Assembly (NCBI GenBank): GCA_030390025.1
Contig: CM059425.1
Coordinates: forward strand, 164,488,001-164,552,000
Reading direction: 5' to 3'
From: Squalus acanthias
Lineage: Eukaryota
DNA length: 64,000 nt
In this document: piece by piece, positions 24,943-36,799 of the stretch
Numbering within the stretch: position 1 is the first letter of the stretch
Layout of the letters: the number at the start of each line of letters is the position of its first letter
Made by a program: the position numbers and the translations under genes
The notes under the pieces: model-generated
Database searches by the model: none
Told to the model about the DNA's origin: nothing
The model's input: the letters and a program-made list of their open reading frames with translations, nothing else

Positions 24943-26114
24943 ACTATCTTTAATCTATTCAATAGACTGGATATCTAATGCTGTTAACTTGTCAGCCATC
25001 TAAAGGAGTTTAATCCTAAATAAATCTCACAAGTTTATATCCATCTCAGACACTGATTTCAACGGTAAATTTATAAATCAGACAATTAATGCTGAATTAC
25101 GGTGACATAACTGAACTGCCTTTGTAACCTCTGTTATTTAATTTGTCAATCAATCGGACCTACTAATTATTTGTATACTTATGTTTAAGTGCTAACTATG
25201 ATTCTAAAGTTAACAAATAATTGTTAGTTTATGTCTTTGTTGGTCTGACTTAATTGGCAAGAAAGGGTTAATGCACTCAGTAGCTTGTGTGGATTCTGAT
25301 GGGAGGTCGGCAGTGTAAATGTTAATATAATCTGATCTGCTTGATGCAAGATAGTTTGGTGAGCCAATTTTAGGCATCATTAACCCCGAGGCATAAATTC
25401 CTCGACAAGGAGTTAAGGTGAAACGTTTTAAGGATTCATCTGGTGCCCTTGGTGAATATTCTGGTTAGGGTACTGATCCCAATGTTCTTACATGACCGAC
25501 TCCTAAAGGATTATATTGTTTTCTTGACAAATTTACCTGCTATTTTCTCTCACTTATTTCATTTAATTTACCAGTTTAGTGAATCTCATTCACACTCAGC
25601 TGCAATGTTGACAAATACATTGTGTTTCTGGTCGTCTTCTCTTCCCCACATTTTTAATTATTGTCTTCTTACAGTATCACGCTGCTCAACTGTTCGGTGT
25701 CTCTATTTTAATCCCATTGTTAGGTTGCTCATTTGCATTTCTATGAGTCAATTAGAGTGAACTTTCCCCTTGAATAGTTAACTTGGAAGAGATAACAGCT
25801 AAAACATTTGAAAATGACTAAAAAAGTGGAGAAAGCAAAAGTGAAGTGGCAATGGGGGTGAGAGTGAAATTACAGGAGAGGCGTAAGACAAACCAAACCA
25901 CAAACAGAAACACACCAGTGTGCAGAAGATTTTACAGAATCGTGCTAATTACCATATAAAGTAGTCTGCAATAGCAATGCTTGTCCAGAGAACTTATGAT
26001 TTTCACTATACCATGCTACTTCACAGAAGGCCTATTGTACTTAAAGGCAAGCTTAAGTTTCCACCATTTAAGGAAATAGCAATATTTCAACTTGGAATGC
26101 TTAATATGGTTTAC

Positions 26115-26276
26115 CACTGAAGTTTCTCTGTATTTTTGCTGATTGTTAGGGCAGTCTTAATTTTGCTCTTCTCAGAACTAAAGAGCGAGTGTCTGTACTT
26201 CTCAAATAGGAAGTCCCATCCTTCTGTCGTCTGGGCTCCGACTGCAAAGATTGCTAATGCAACATCGGTGGGTAAG
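26115..26276 (-). CDS. ERAP1: ERAP1 exon 16 equivalent
   Basis: (S)LPTDVALAIFAVGAQTTEGWDFLFEKYRHSLFSSEKSKIKTALTISKNTEKLQ, 162 nt, taacag|...TG|gtaaac. Confidence 0.97.
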
Positions 26277-26493
26277 CTGTTATACAAAGAGATAGAGGTC
26301 TGTTTAACAACCTTAACTTCTACTGCAATTCAAACAAAAAGAGAAAATGTTGCAAACAATAGAGGTCAGGCAGCATCTGTGGAAGGAACAGATGAGTTCA
26401 TGGGGTAAATTTTCACCTTCACCACATGGACTCCATCTGGCGGAGTGGATGGCTCACCGTTATAGAACCTGCCCGATTTTCATTCCATTCATT

Positions 26494-27227
26494 GGCCCAA
26501 AAATTAGTGAGTGAGCCTTCGTGCGAGGGTAAGGCTTCCCCGCGATCTCTCACTGCGCGCTGGCTTTTTTATTCCCAGCTCGCACGAACTTGATGTTCTG
26601 GACAGCAGCTGTGCAGGGCTTTCGTATCCCACAGGCGCAGTTAATTCGTGCGAGCTGTGGGATCACGTGACTCAGTTAGAGCCAATGGCAGCACACCATC
26701 TTTCATTCATAGCTTTCACAGCACGGCTGTGAAAGCTATGAATACTATACCCCCCCAAAAGAACAGCTAAACCTCAATTAAATTAAAAAAAAACCCCATC
26801 ACATTAATAAAATAAGTATAGTTAAATAAATTAACCACTTTAAACAAAAAATAAAATTTTTGAAAAAATTTTAAATCTTTTAAAAAGTTATAAAAATAAA
26901 CTTACCTTTCTTTAAAGTCTCTAAAAAAGATATACCTGTTGAAAAAAATTCAATAATACTTAATTAACTACTTACCTTGTTAAAAGAGGGTCTTACGCCT
27001 CCTTTCTTTATGTGTAAAATGTTCCATGCTTACCTGCGCGTTCAAAGCACTAAGTGCACTGCGTGCGCGCAGCCTGTAGCGCGCACAGGGTTCACCTAGG
27101 AACCGCCCCCTTTTGAAATCACCAAGTGCCGGTTTTCAGCGCATGCGCAGTGCATGCAGAAAACCGGCAATTGGAGACAGAATACGCGAAATGCGTACTC
27201 TCGCGTAGCGGCACTAATTTTTGGGCC
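26494..27227. mobile_element. 734-bp MITE, TIR GGCCCAAAAATTAGTG, nested in an older foldback MITE
   Basis: TSD ATT at 26491-26493 and 27228-27230; a second, inverted copy lies at 61024-61737. Confidence 0.9.
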
Positions 27228-27349
27228 ATTAAATTAGCAGAGGGCATTGGCAGATGTTGTGGATGTAGATGGGCAGGGACTGGATGGGGGGTGGGTGGGC
27301 GGGAGGGAGGGGGAAATAGAGCAAAGATAAGGGGAAATATGGGTCAGGA

Positions 27350-27985
27350 ACCGACTTAAATAACTGGTCTACCAGGACAGTTCCATTTGTGTAGTGTATC
27401 CTGGGGAGGAAGTAGAAGTGGGCTGTGCAGGGTGGGCGAGCCATGCTGTACGAGGCCATGGTGGTGGGGCGGGAGGGGGAAATAAGAGATCTCAAGAGGA
27501 GATGATGTCAGTAACAGAGACGGCTTTGTGTTCCGCAGTGGGGTCTTGGTCCAAGAGAGATTCAACCTCAGCAAGGTAGAGATCATTCCGCCATACAACA
27601 CTAGTGATGCAGTTACCAGTGGTTTTGATAATGATGTCAGGATTGGATTTGAAAGAATGGAATGCTGCAAGTTCAGAGGGAGCTAGATTAGAGTGAGTGG
27701 TGAAACTCAGATGGCCGATATCAAACTGGCAATTTGGGATAAAAAGATCAAAAGAGAGTCAAGGGCCAGATGGAAAGGTCCAGATGGAATGGGGAGGCTA
27801 AAGATAGGAGAAAGGGTCAGATGTGCAGGGGAAAGCATCCTGACCAAAAAAAGTCGGCACAGAGGCGAAGATGGTGGAAGAGGAGCTCGGCATAAAGTCA
27901 AGCTCAGAACTAGTTCAGGTTGGGGCAGAGAGGAATGAAGCGGAGGCCCTTCCTGAAGACGGATTGTTGGGGCTCAGAGAGTCAA
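27350..27985 (-). mobile_element. Penelope-like element RT-region relic (terminal piece also at ~26330-26400)
   Basis: Decayed KGLRFIP..., SNPDIIIK...VVWRNDLYLAE, PCTAHFYFLPRIH, CPGRPVI, resembling Penelope RT motifs (IKPADKG, FYLLPKIHK, PGRPIVS). Confidence 0.75.
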
Positions 27986-28494
27986 ATTAAGGTGTTATAT
28001 TTTGGTAATTTAAGTCAAGTCACTCTATTAGAAATATTTCTGTACACGGAGAGCTTTTACTTAAATACAAAAATCAACATCGCTCATACAGTCTTCACAA
28101 GAGAAATTGTACAAGCTGAGGGTTTTTTTCCCCTCCCTTAAGAGGACGTTAGAATGAGGCCTATGGAATATTTTAAAATGTTGCCCTCTGCTCACTGCTA
28201 ATTCCAGGTCACTGCAGCCTCCTTCAGACTGCCAGGCAGCACAGCTCAAGCAAGTCCAAACTTCATTTTGGATCATTTTCTTCAGTCACTCATGGCTTCG
28301 TCATGTTTAATGATGAATTAATTTAGATGCATAGTCCTGCCTCTCTCCCTTCTATATGTTTACGGTTGACAGTGTGAGCAGCCAGCTGCTAACCATGTCC
28401 TGCAGCGCATTTGCCTGCTCAAAGCTGGCAAAAGAGCAGGTAGCAAAATTGCTGTTATTTAGAATTATTTTATTTTTTATTTGTAAAAATGGGT

Positions 28495-29876
28495 TACATA
28501 CCCAGGGATCATGATGGAGGAGACTGGGATGTTGAATTATAGGTATGATTCTGAGAGTTCTTCTTCTTCTTAGGCAGTCCCTCGGAACCGAGGATGACTT
28601 GCTTCCACATTAAAAATGACTTCTCAGGTGACTGATGAGTCCAATGCGGGACCGACAGTCTCTGTCACAGGTGGGGCAGATGGTGGTTGAAGGGGTGGGT
28701 CGGTGGGGTGCTTGGGTTGACGTGCGCTCCTTCCACTGTTTGTGCTTGGCTTCGCTTGCTCCCGGCGAAGAGACTCGAGGTGTTCGGCGCCTTCCCGGAT
28801 GCTTCTCCTCCACTTTGTGCGGTCTTGGGCCAGGGATTCCCAGGTGTCGGTGAGGATGTTGCACTTTTTCAAGGCGGCTTTGAAGGTGTCCTTGAAGCGT
28901 TTCCTCTGCCCACCTGGGGCTCTCTTGCCGTGTCGGAGCTCCGAGTAGAGCGCTTGTTTTGGGAGTCTCGTATCGGGCATGCGGACAATGTGACCCGTCC
29001 ATCGGAGCTGATCGAGCGTGGTCAAAGCTTCGATGCTGGGGATGTTGGCCTGAGCGAGAACACTGACGTTGGTGCGCCTATCCTGCCAATGGATTTGCAG
29101 GATCTTGCGGAGGCAGCGTTGGTGGTACCTCTCCAGTGCTTTGAGGTGCCTGCTGTACATAGTCCATGTCTCTGAGGCATACAGGAGGGTGGGTATCACT
29201 ACTGCTCTGTAGACCATGAGCTTGGTGCTGGGTTTGAGGTCCTGGTCTTCAAACACTCTCTTCCTCAGGCGACCAAAGGCTGCACTGGCACACTGAAGGC
29301 GGTGTTGGACTTTGTCATCGACGTCTTCCCTTGTTAACAGTAGGCTCTGTGAGTATGACTATGCAAGCTGCTGTTTGACTAGTCTGTGGAACAGCTCTCC
29401 CAACTTTGGTGCCAGTCCCCAGACTTTAGTGAGGAGGACTTTGCAGGGTCGACTGGACTGGGTGTGCCTTTGTCGTGTCCTGATTTGATACCTAGGCCAC
29501 AGCTGAGTGGTACATCCAGTTTTATTATCGTTTTACTTCTAGCGGTTTGATACAACTGAGTGGCTTGCTGGGCCATTTCAGAGGGCAGTTAAGAGTCAAC
29601 CACATTGCTGTGGGACTGGAGGCACATACAGACCAGACCGGCTAAGAATGGTCTTTTTCGGGAACGAAACCTGACATTAGGGAACCAGCTGGATTTTTAC
29701 GACAATGCAACAGCTTCATGTCACTTTTACTGGTGCCAGCTTTTTACTTCCAGTTTTTTTTTCTTTTTAAACGGAATACAAATTCTCAAACTGCCATGGT
29801 GGGATTTTAACTCATGTTCCATGGATTATTAGTCCAGGTCTCTGGATTACTAGTCCAGTGACATAACTGCTGCTAT
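28495..29876 (-). mobile_element. 5' portion of tRNA-headed LINE family B (host of the RTE insertion)
   Basis: Head homologous to 12787-13003, then KVLLTKVWGLAPKLGELFHRLVKQQ..IVILTE (APE N-terminus), resuming beyond the RTE as ..SY..IPGYV. Confidence 0.75.
28559..29345 (-). mobile_element. RTE-clade LINE 3' fragment with C-terminal C2H2-like motif and (GAA)n tail
   Basis: TKLMVYRAVVIPTLLYASETW...QLRWTGHIVRMPDTRLPKQALY...; CPTCDRDCRSRIGLISHLRSH after one frameshift. 9-bp TSD TCTG(A/T)GAGT at 28550-28558 and 29346-29354. Confidence 0.9.
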
Positions 29877-29974
29877 CTTTTATTACAAGTCCAAGTTTCT
29901 AAAGTACGTTAAATACAGTAATTATTCTGGGGAAATGTTATTGCAGTTATTACCAGTCACTACTTAGTACCGAC

Positions 29975-30159
29975 CTCAATGTACCATTTGAATCCTTCCA
30001 TTTCCTGAAATATTCTTCTGCTTTGTCAACACAGGGCTGGTACTTGCGAACGCAGGCAAATACCAGAAGTGAACTGCGCAGCAACCGTTCCGAAACAGAA
30101 CCATCATCACTCCATGATTGCTGGTCAATCAGGTTCTTAAATAAATCGACTATGTATGC
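29975..30159 (-). CDS. ERAP1: ERAP1 exon 15 equivalent
   Basis: AYIVDLFKNLIDQQSWSDDGSVSERLLRSSLLVFACVRKYQPCVDKAEEYFRKWKDSNGTL, 185 nt, ctccag|...AG|gtcggt. Confidence 0.96.
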
Positions 30160-30168
30160 CTGGAGCAG

Positions 30169-30567
30169 AAAAAGAAAAGAAAGATTTGCATTTATATAGC
30201 GTCTTTCACAACCTCAGGACGTCCCAAAGTGCTTTGCAGCCATTGAAGTACTTGTGAAGTGTAGTCGCTGTTGTAATGTAGCCAATTTGTGCACAGCAAG
30301 CTCCCAAATAATCTGTTTTTGTGATGTTGATTGAAGGATAAATATTGGCCAGGACACCGGGGATCTTTTATGTCCCCGAGAGGATAGACAGGCCTTGGTT
30401 TAATGGCTCATCGGAAAGACAGCACCTCCCAACAGTGCAGCACTCCCTCAATACTGCACTGAAGTGTCAGCCTAGATTTTTGTGCTCAAGTCTCTGGAGT
30501 AGGACTTGAACCCACAACCTTCTGACTCAGAGGTGAGAGTGCTACCAACTGATCCACAGCTAACACA
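30169..30567 (-). mobile_element. Near-full-length tRNA/Deu SINE (SacSINE1-like) abutting the exon 15 acceptor
   Basis: A box tggatcagttgg, B box ggttcaagtcc, Deu domain, tail gctatataaatgcaaatctttcttttcttttt. Confidence 0.9.
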
Positions 30568-31257
30568 CTAAAAGAGACGAACAAGAGAATTTTGTTGACC
30601 ATGTGTGTTCAAGATGGAGGTTATCATTGTTTTTCCACTCGTGGTATTGTGTGCATATAGGAGTACTGCTAGACTGTGGACCAAGCACAGTGTAAAGCCA
30701 GTAACATTTAAGAACCTATTTACTCCTCAAAACAGATGGTAATTCAGAGGAGAATCCATCTTCCCATGCTCAACATCACTGGCGCTCGCCTATTCCAAGT
30801 ATAAACTGATTTATGTATATGAAAAAAACTAGAGATTGGATTCCTTGGTACTACACATGAATATGGGCCCTGATATTTACTTGGGGCCGTGAAGAGAGCG
30901 GTGGGGGGAAGCTTACGGATGGAAACCCGGAAGTAAGGGTCCTGCTGAAATTGACAACAGGACGTCTTGTAAATTTTTGTCTATAAAGAGGTGAGCTTGT
31001 TGAGGCTGGAGGAAACATTCCTGCTCCTCCTGGCCCGGAAGCAGTGCTGTAAATGCCTTTACCTCATGAATCCGGCCCTTCTCGCCTCCCTTTACCTGCC
31101 GGTACTGACTGACTGCACCCACCCCCCACGGTGTCCAAAAAAATCATTACTAAATTGTACAGGAGCAAGAAACATCATTTCAAAGTTGTGCTTTACTGAC
31201 GGTCAGTGCAACATTATACAGAACCTTACAAACATAAGTCACTGCAATGAATCTTAC

Positions 31258-31414
31258 CTTCATTTTATTTTCTACTTCCACCATTTCTCTTTTCTCCATA
31301 AGCTTATAAATGGGTATGAGCTCATTCATGCCTTGGAATACAGGCATGGTGCTGACTTCATTCCTCAGATATAACGTCAAGTCGAGGGCTTTGTCGAGTG
31401 GCAGCTTCCCTATA
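31258..31414 (-). CDS. ERAP1: ERAP1 exon 14 equivalent
   Basis: (S)IGKLPLDKALDLTLYLRNEVSTMPVFQGMNELIPIYKLMEKREMVEVENKMK, 157 nt, aattag|...|gtaaga. Confidence 0.97.
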
Positions 31415-31812
31415 CTAATTGACACAAAAGCTAACAAGTTACGGGTGTGTTGTAGTCACTTTTACGCAAATAGTTTTAAATTCGGATACATTACCAAAAT
31501 ATATAACGAAATAGAAATTACACAACAGAAACAGGCCATTAGGCCCAAAAAGTCCAGCTGGTGTTAACCCTCCGCATGAGCAGTAGTCCTAATCTCATCC
31601 GGCTGCCATGCTCTCATATGCTTTAACCCGCTTTTCTTCACCACCCATCTAACATAGTGAGTATTTTAACCACACATTATTCTAGAAATGTGTCACTGTG
31701 GGATTATCTTTAAGATCCAGGAGGATTGGACTGTAAATGCTACAAAAGCTTTCCTTATGAAGCTCCTCTGTGAACAAATGGAGACCAGTTCAACAGCAGC
31801 TACAATCTTTAC

Positions 31813-31996
31813 CTCACAAGCTGGAAGGCATTGTTAATAAGGTTGGCTCGGTCATTGCTGCTGAGGACCATGTGATTTTTTCTCAGCAGTTTGATTAAGG
31901 CATCCCATCCATCATTTTCATAATGCACAATGTAATAGCCATTCATATCCACATTGAACTTTATCCAGCTCACTTCCTCCGAAAGAGTGATAACAT
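31813..31996 (-). CDS. ERAP1: ERAP1 exon 13 equivalent
   Basis: (D)VITLSEEVSWIKFNVDMNGYYIVHYENDGWDALIKLLRKNHMVLSSNDRANLINNAFQLV, 184 nt, attcag|...|gtaaag. Confidence 0.97.
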
Positions 31997-32284
31997 CTGA
32001 ATGGAGGAGAAATCAAATCAAAACCTGCTTATAGAACAAGTCTACCAACGCAATAAGTCAAAGGCACTTTTAAAGAAGCATTGCCAATTTTGTGAGCCTA
32101 TATAGGCTACAATTACAAATGTCCATTACCTGTGATTTTTAATTTTTTAATAAAATCTAGTCTTTACAAAGGAAATCAAAGGGGTCTATTTATAAACCAC
32201 TTCTTTCCTCCTCCCTGCACAAGGCAAATTACATCACACTGAACTGAGCACACTGGGGCCAAAAAACCTCAGCCCTGCTCCTGA

Positions 32285-32601
32285 TCCCCTGGCTGGGGAG
32301 TCTAGAACCAGGGGTCACAGTCTCAGAATAAGGGGTCAGCCATTTAGGACCGAGATGAGGAGAAATTTCTTCACTCAGAGGGTCGGGAATCATTGCAATT
32401 CTCTACCCCAGAGGGCTGTGGAGGCTCAGTCATTGAGTATATTCAAGACAGAGATCGATAGATTTTTGAATATTAAGGGAATCAAGGGATATGGGGATAG
32501 TGCAGGAAAGTGGAGATGAGGTAGAAGATCAGCCATGATCTTATTGAATGGCGGAGCAGGCTCGAAGGGCCGATTGGCCGACTCCTGCTCCTAGTTCTTA
32601 T
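32285..32601 (+). mobile_element. CR1 LINE 3' fragment
   Basis: ggggagtctagaaccaggggtcacagtctcagaataagggg... plus hairpin tail. Confidence 0.85.
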
Positions 32602-34811
32602 GAGTATCCAGGCTCAGAGAGGGCTCACATATTTCGAATGCCAGCACCGGACATCCACGTCACTATGTGCATATCTGGGGCCCCTGCCAGAGGAGGAGGA
32701 GGGGGACGAGAAAAGCTCGCCAACAAACTGTTCATTTTGCAGCCGGTGACACTGCTCTAGATCATTTTAAAAGGTTGTCCAATCAGCCCCTTTCATAACA
32801 GGGCTGAAAAGAATTCTGGTGTGGACCCCAGGTGGTTCCCACATCCACTGCTGAGCAAACATCTATGCAGGATTCATCCCAGCATCCAGGTTACTAATTG
32901 GTAGGACACTTGAAGCAATGGAAATTCCCGGCGTGGGAATTATTTCGGCCCCACCCCCTCTGACGACTGGGACCATGTTTGCGTCAAATGGAAGCTCTGT
33001 CCCACATCAGGCCCCTGTGCAAATTTCTAGTTGGTAGAATTCTGAGTAAAGATCATTTGTCAGGCCTCCTGTACCAGTCTTGCACTAGAGGACTATTGCC
33101 GAGGTCAAGAATTTTCAACCCCAGTCTTTTTAAGGGACATTGGTAGATGCATCTTCCTGACGGACGCAAATTTCTTAGGCCCTGACAAAAATTATACCAA
33201 ACTACAAATGTGAACCAGTACCATCTTTTACATAATTTCAGTTTTATAATGATTCAATTTTGTTTTTGTTTTTTTATAACTATTACAGAATTTAGTGTAT
33301 AGAACGTGCTCGATTTTCTGAAACATGGTACTGTACAGAGTATACAGGACATTGCAGGTATCATCACTTGCCAAACCATACATTGGAGTTCTGACACAGT
33401 TCAGTACAATTTGCAGGGATTAATCACTAACATAGCCAGTCGTTCCTGGAAAGAGCTGTAGGTCAGGCAGGAGAGTGGGATAAGGGATTCAATATGTTTA
33501 AAGGCAGCACTGTAATCATTTCCCCAATTGTTCTACTATCTAAGGGAATACGTATCTGAGCGATAGAGATCAGGAAGGTGCCAAATTTTATATCCATCTG
33601 TGCTCAGTTCGCTGCCCTTAGCTGAGATGGTGGTCGGGGTGCTACAATTGGCCTGTGCTAGAGAGCAGAAAGTCAGCCAGGGTTCCGACTGATCGCTATC
33701 CAGTGATCTCTCCTGGGAGTTCATGAATCTGACCATCAATCAGGGTCGATTCCGCTGTGATGCCCCTTGTGAGTGAATAGCCTACCAACCCTCACTGTCT
33801 AGGTCTGCAAATGAAGAATGGCCATTTGACCGAGGTACCACAAGGAGCACATTAGTGAAAGTGAGTCAATGGGCTGGATTTTCATTGATCCGTGGAGGCG
33901 GATTTGGAGGCGTGTGGGGGGTTAAAATTGCGAAAACTGGCGGGCGGGCACAAGTCCGCCTCCATGCAATTTTCATTAAATCGTGTCTGCTGGTCCCGAC
34001 TCCGTCCCGCCTCTAAGAGGCGGGATAGGCTGTTAAGGCCCTTAACAAGTACTAAATTGGCTCTATAATGCCATTTTGAAAGGCCTTTGTGATTTTAACC
34101 CTTGTTCTACGTGAAGCACGCCTGTTCTGAACCACGAATGTGAAACCTGGCGGTAACACATTTCGAAAGCTGACTATCAGCTGCAGGTCCACTATTACAA
34201 CGGAGTAGTAGTAGGAAAAATATGTGGGAGCAGACTTAGGTAATACAGATAAACAACCCATTATGAAGTAATTACTTAATTGCCATTTAACTAAATGTCT
34301 ACTTCAAGGTTATTGCATAATACTAATTAATGTTGACTTCTTGTTCATTGCTGCTACTTGAGACCTAGCTCCCCTTGCAATATTTTGCCAGTAATAGCAG
34401 AAAGAAATAGGGGAGGCCTTAAGTGAAGGATTGAACCAACCAGGATCAAAATTAATTTCATGTCCACAGGCCTCCCGAGAGCACCTGCGCAAAAGAGGTA
34501 TTCAGCCACTGGAGTGGTGCTCAGGTGTTCCTGTAACAGTATGGGGAAGCCATCTAGTTATAAAATTTTGGGGGTCTCAATGAGCCTTGGTGCACAGTTT
34601 GCATGCAAGCTCCCAATGCCCTACACAATAGGCAGTGGCATGCTAGGTATCACAGGTGCATTCCAGGTCTCTATCATGCGCACCCAATAGTGTGGGGAGC
34701 CAGCACCCACTGTGCTTCAGTGCACTGGCTCGTCGCATTATCGGCAGTATGGGGCGGTATTAAAGTATCGAGAATCTCAAACCACAGTAAAATGTAATAA
34801 ATGTCATTTAC

Positions 34812-34891
34812 CTTTTTTAGTCCTCATCAAGTGCCTCTGGATGGTCCTGGATTGGCTTGTAATGTAAGTTAGTGGAATATGCCACAGATAA
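34812..34891 (-). CDS. ERAP1: ERAP1 exon 12 equivalent
   Basis: (S)YLWHIPLTYITSQSRTIQRHLMRTKK, 80 nt, ttgtag|...G|gtaaat. Confidence 0.96.
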
Positions 34892-35877
34892 CTACAAAAA
34901 GAAACAAAATAAAGTGAGAATATTAATGTTTTCGGGTCGCTTTATGTCTTTATCAAGCAAGGTATGTCAATGGAGGGGAATGGAACTCTTTTCCACTTTT
35001 GTACCCAGTGTCAGTATTAAGCACTCCTTGGTCATCAGAAATAGTTGTAGAATGAGCTTCATTTACTCTGACCACAAAAAGTAGCTTAACCAGAGAAACA
35101 CTCCTTACCTCATCAAGATGATTTTTTCATTGACCATACTGGCGATTGCCAACTCGGAGCCACATTCTGTGCAGGTTTGTGCTGTGGGCCCATTTGGACT
35201 TCAGATTGCACAAATTGATTTCATACAGAATCCCTGAAACCGATCATCCTACTGCTCTGATTTGGATTTGAGCCCAGGTGTGAAATGACAGTGTGGTAAC
35301 CCACGACACCAGAGGTTCCCAAACTGAGCAGCGTGCCATGGTTATCAGGGAGCACGTGGAGGACAATGAGTATGAACAAAATGTGAGTTGGGTACATCAA
35401 CAACTTGTATTTATATAGCGCCTTTAACGTAGTCCCAAGGTGCTTCACAGGAGTATTACAAGACAAATATCTGACACCGAGCCACATAAGGAGAAATTAG
35501 GGCAGATGACCAAAAGCTTGGTCAAAGAGGTAGGTTTTAAGGAGCGTCTTAAAAGGAGGAAAGAGAGGTAGCGAGGCAGAGAGGTTTAGGGAGGGAATTC
35601 CAGAGCTTCAGGGCCTAGGCAACAGAAGGCACATTGCTGGGTACATTTAATAAACAGCTGCACCTGTACCCAGGAACGATTGCAATCAAGTGAAGAGTGA
35701 ACCTTTTTGCTGTTTTCCTGTACCTGGGAGTGCGCTGCGAGTGGGAGCCATGTGCGGTCTTTAGGGCACGCGTTCCAAAGGCAACAGTCACCAGGGACAA
35801 GCTGGAGCTCAAGCTGGACTCGAGCCGGAGTGTGTGGATCCATGCGGCCAGGACCTGAGTGGCCAAGCATTCTCCTT

Positions 35878-35904
35878 CTGCTGCTGCTGCTGCTGCTGCT
35901 GCTG
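35878..35904. repeat. (CTG)9 microsatellite
   Basis: Directly visible trinucleotide run. A (GA)n run is also present at ~13341-13363. Confidence 0.9.
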
Positions 35905-36381
35905 GAAGGGGTGACAGCAGCAACGACTGGGACAGCAATCACAAACCAAGGCACTCCCAAACGAAAGGCCAAGATCATTTGAAGGCTGCCAGAGAGGTGC
36001 CAGAAGCATCAGTATTCCTGCTGGTTGGTGTTTGTCTACTTGCTGCTGATCCTGCTCTTGCTAGCGGTGGGGCCCACTCACGACCGGGATGGTTTCAATG
36101 CTTACAGAGCAAAGTAATAATTAACACTGGCAAATGTCTGGGGCACAGTTAGATCTAAGGCCTAGATTCTGGCCAAGCCTTGGTGAATTTTATTGCTGGA
36201 GTGGGTTATTTTTTTTACTAATAATGCCGATTTTATTGTGCCATAAATATCTTACCACAGATTGCGCCTTGTCTGGTCCTGTGATTACACTACGGGTACC
36301 AGTTTGACACTGGTATCACTATTACTGTATATGTTATGTTAGCGGAGAAAATTATATCCTCTTGTTCTTTGCAAAAATACT

Positions 36382-36583
36382 TGGCAGAACTTTCAACTTC
36401 AGCAGGGGTGGAAAATGGGTTTTAGCAGATCGGCCGTCAGTAGTACAACCCAGCCCGAATTTCCATTCCATTGAAGTCAAGGCACGGAAGAGAATCGGGG
36501 TGTGGGGGCGGGGGAGGGGGGAAGGAAGTTGTATACAACGGGCGGCCGATACACTACAGCCCCCGAAATTGCAAGTTTGGTCC
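36382..36583. mobile_element. Degenerate foldback MITE with ACT TSD
   Basis: Imperfect TIR; ACT at 36379-36381 and 36584-36586; central ttccattccattgaagtcaa is shared with related foldbacks. Confidence 0.6.
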
Positions 36584-36799
36584 ACTATTTTAGAAAGAGG
36601 TGGGCACGTATGGGACATTAATCTCTGAAGGGGGGGGCGGGGTAAGCAAAAAAAGTTTGGGAACCTCTGCACTACACCATCCAGTCTCCCATCGATATTA
36701 AACTAATATCAAGGTATTCTGTTATTTTACAGCTCGTGCATATCTCCAAACTGGTGGTTTAATGTGATTATATCACTGCAGGGACAGACAACACTGTAA

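Larger units (their letters stand above)
35310..36669. mobile_element. hAT (Charlie-like) non-autonomous element with nested L2 tail and MITE
   Basis: Perfect 16-bp TIR CAGAGGTTCCCAAACT / AGTTTGGGAACCTCTG; 8-bp TSD CACGACAC (35302-35309) / CACTACAC (36670-36677). Confidence 0.85.

Noticed and set aside
35586..36152. Poly-Ala/Gln/Ser/Leu ORFs
   Set aside because: They are frames through a (CTG)9 microsatellite inside a hAT element, with no splice or homology support.
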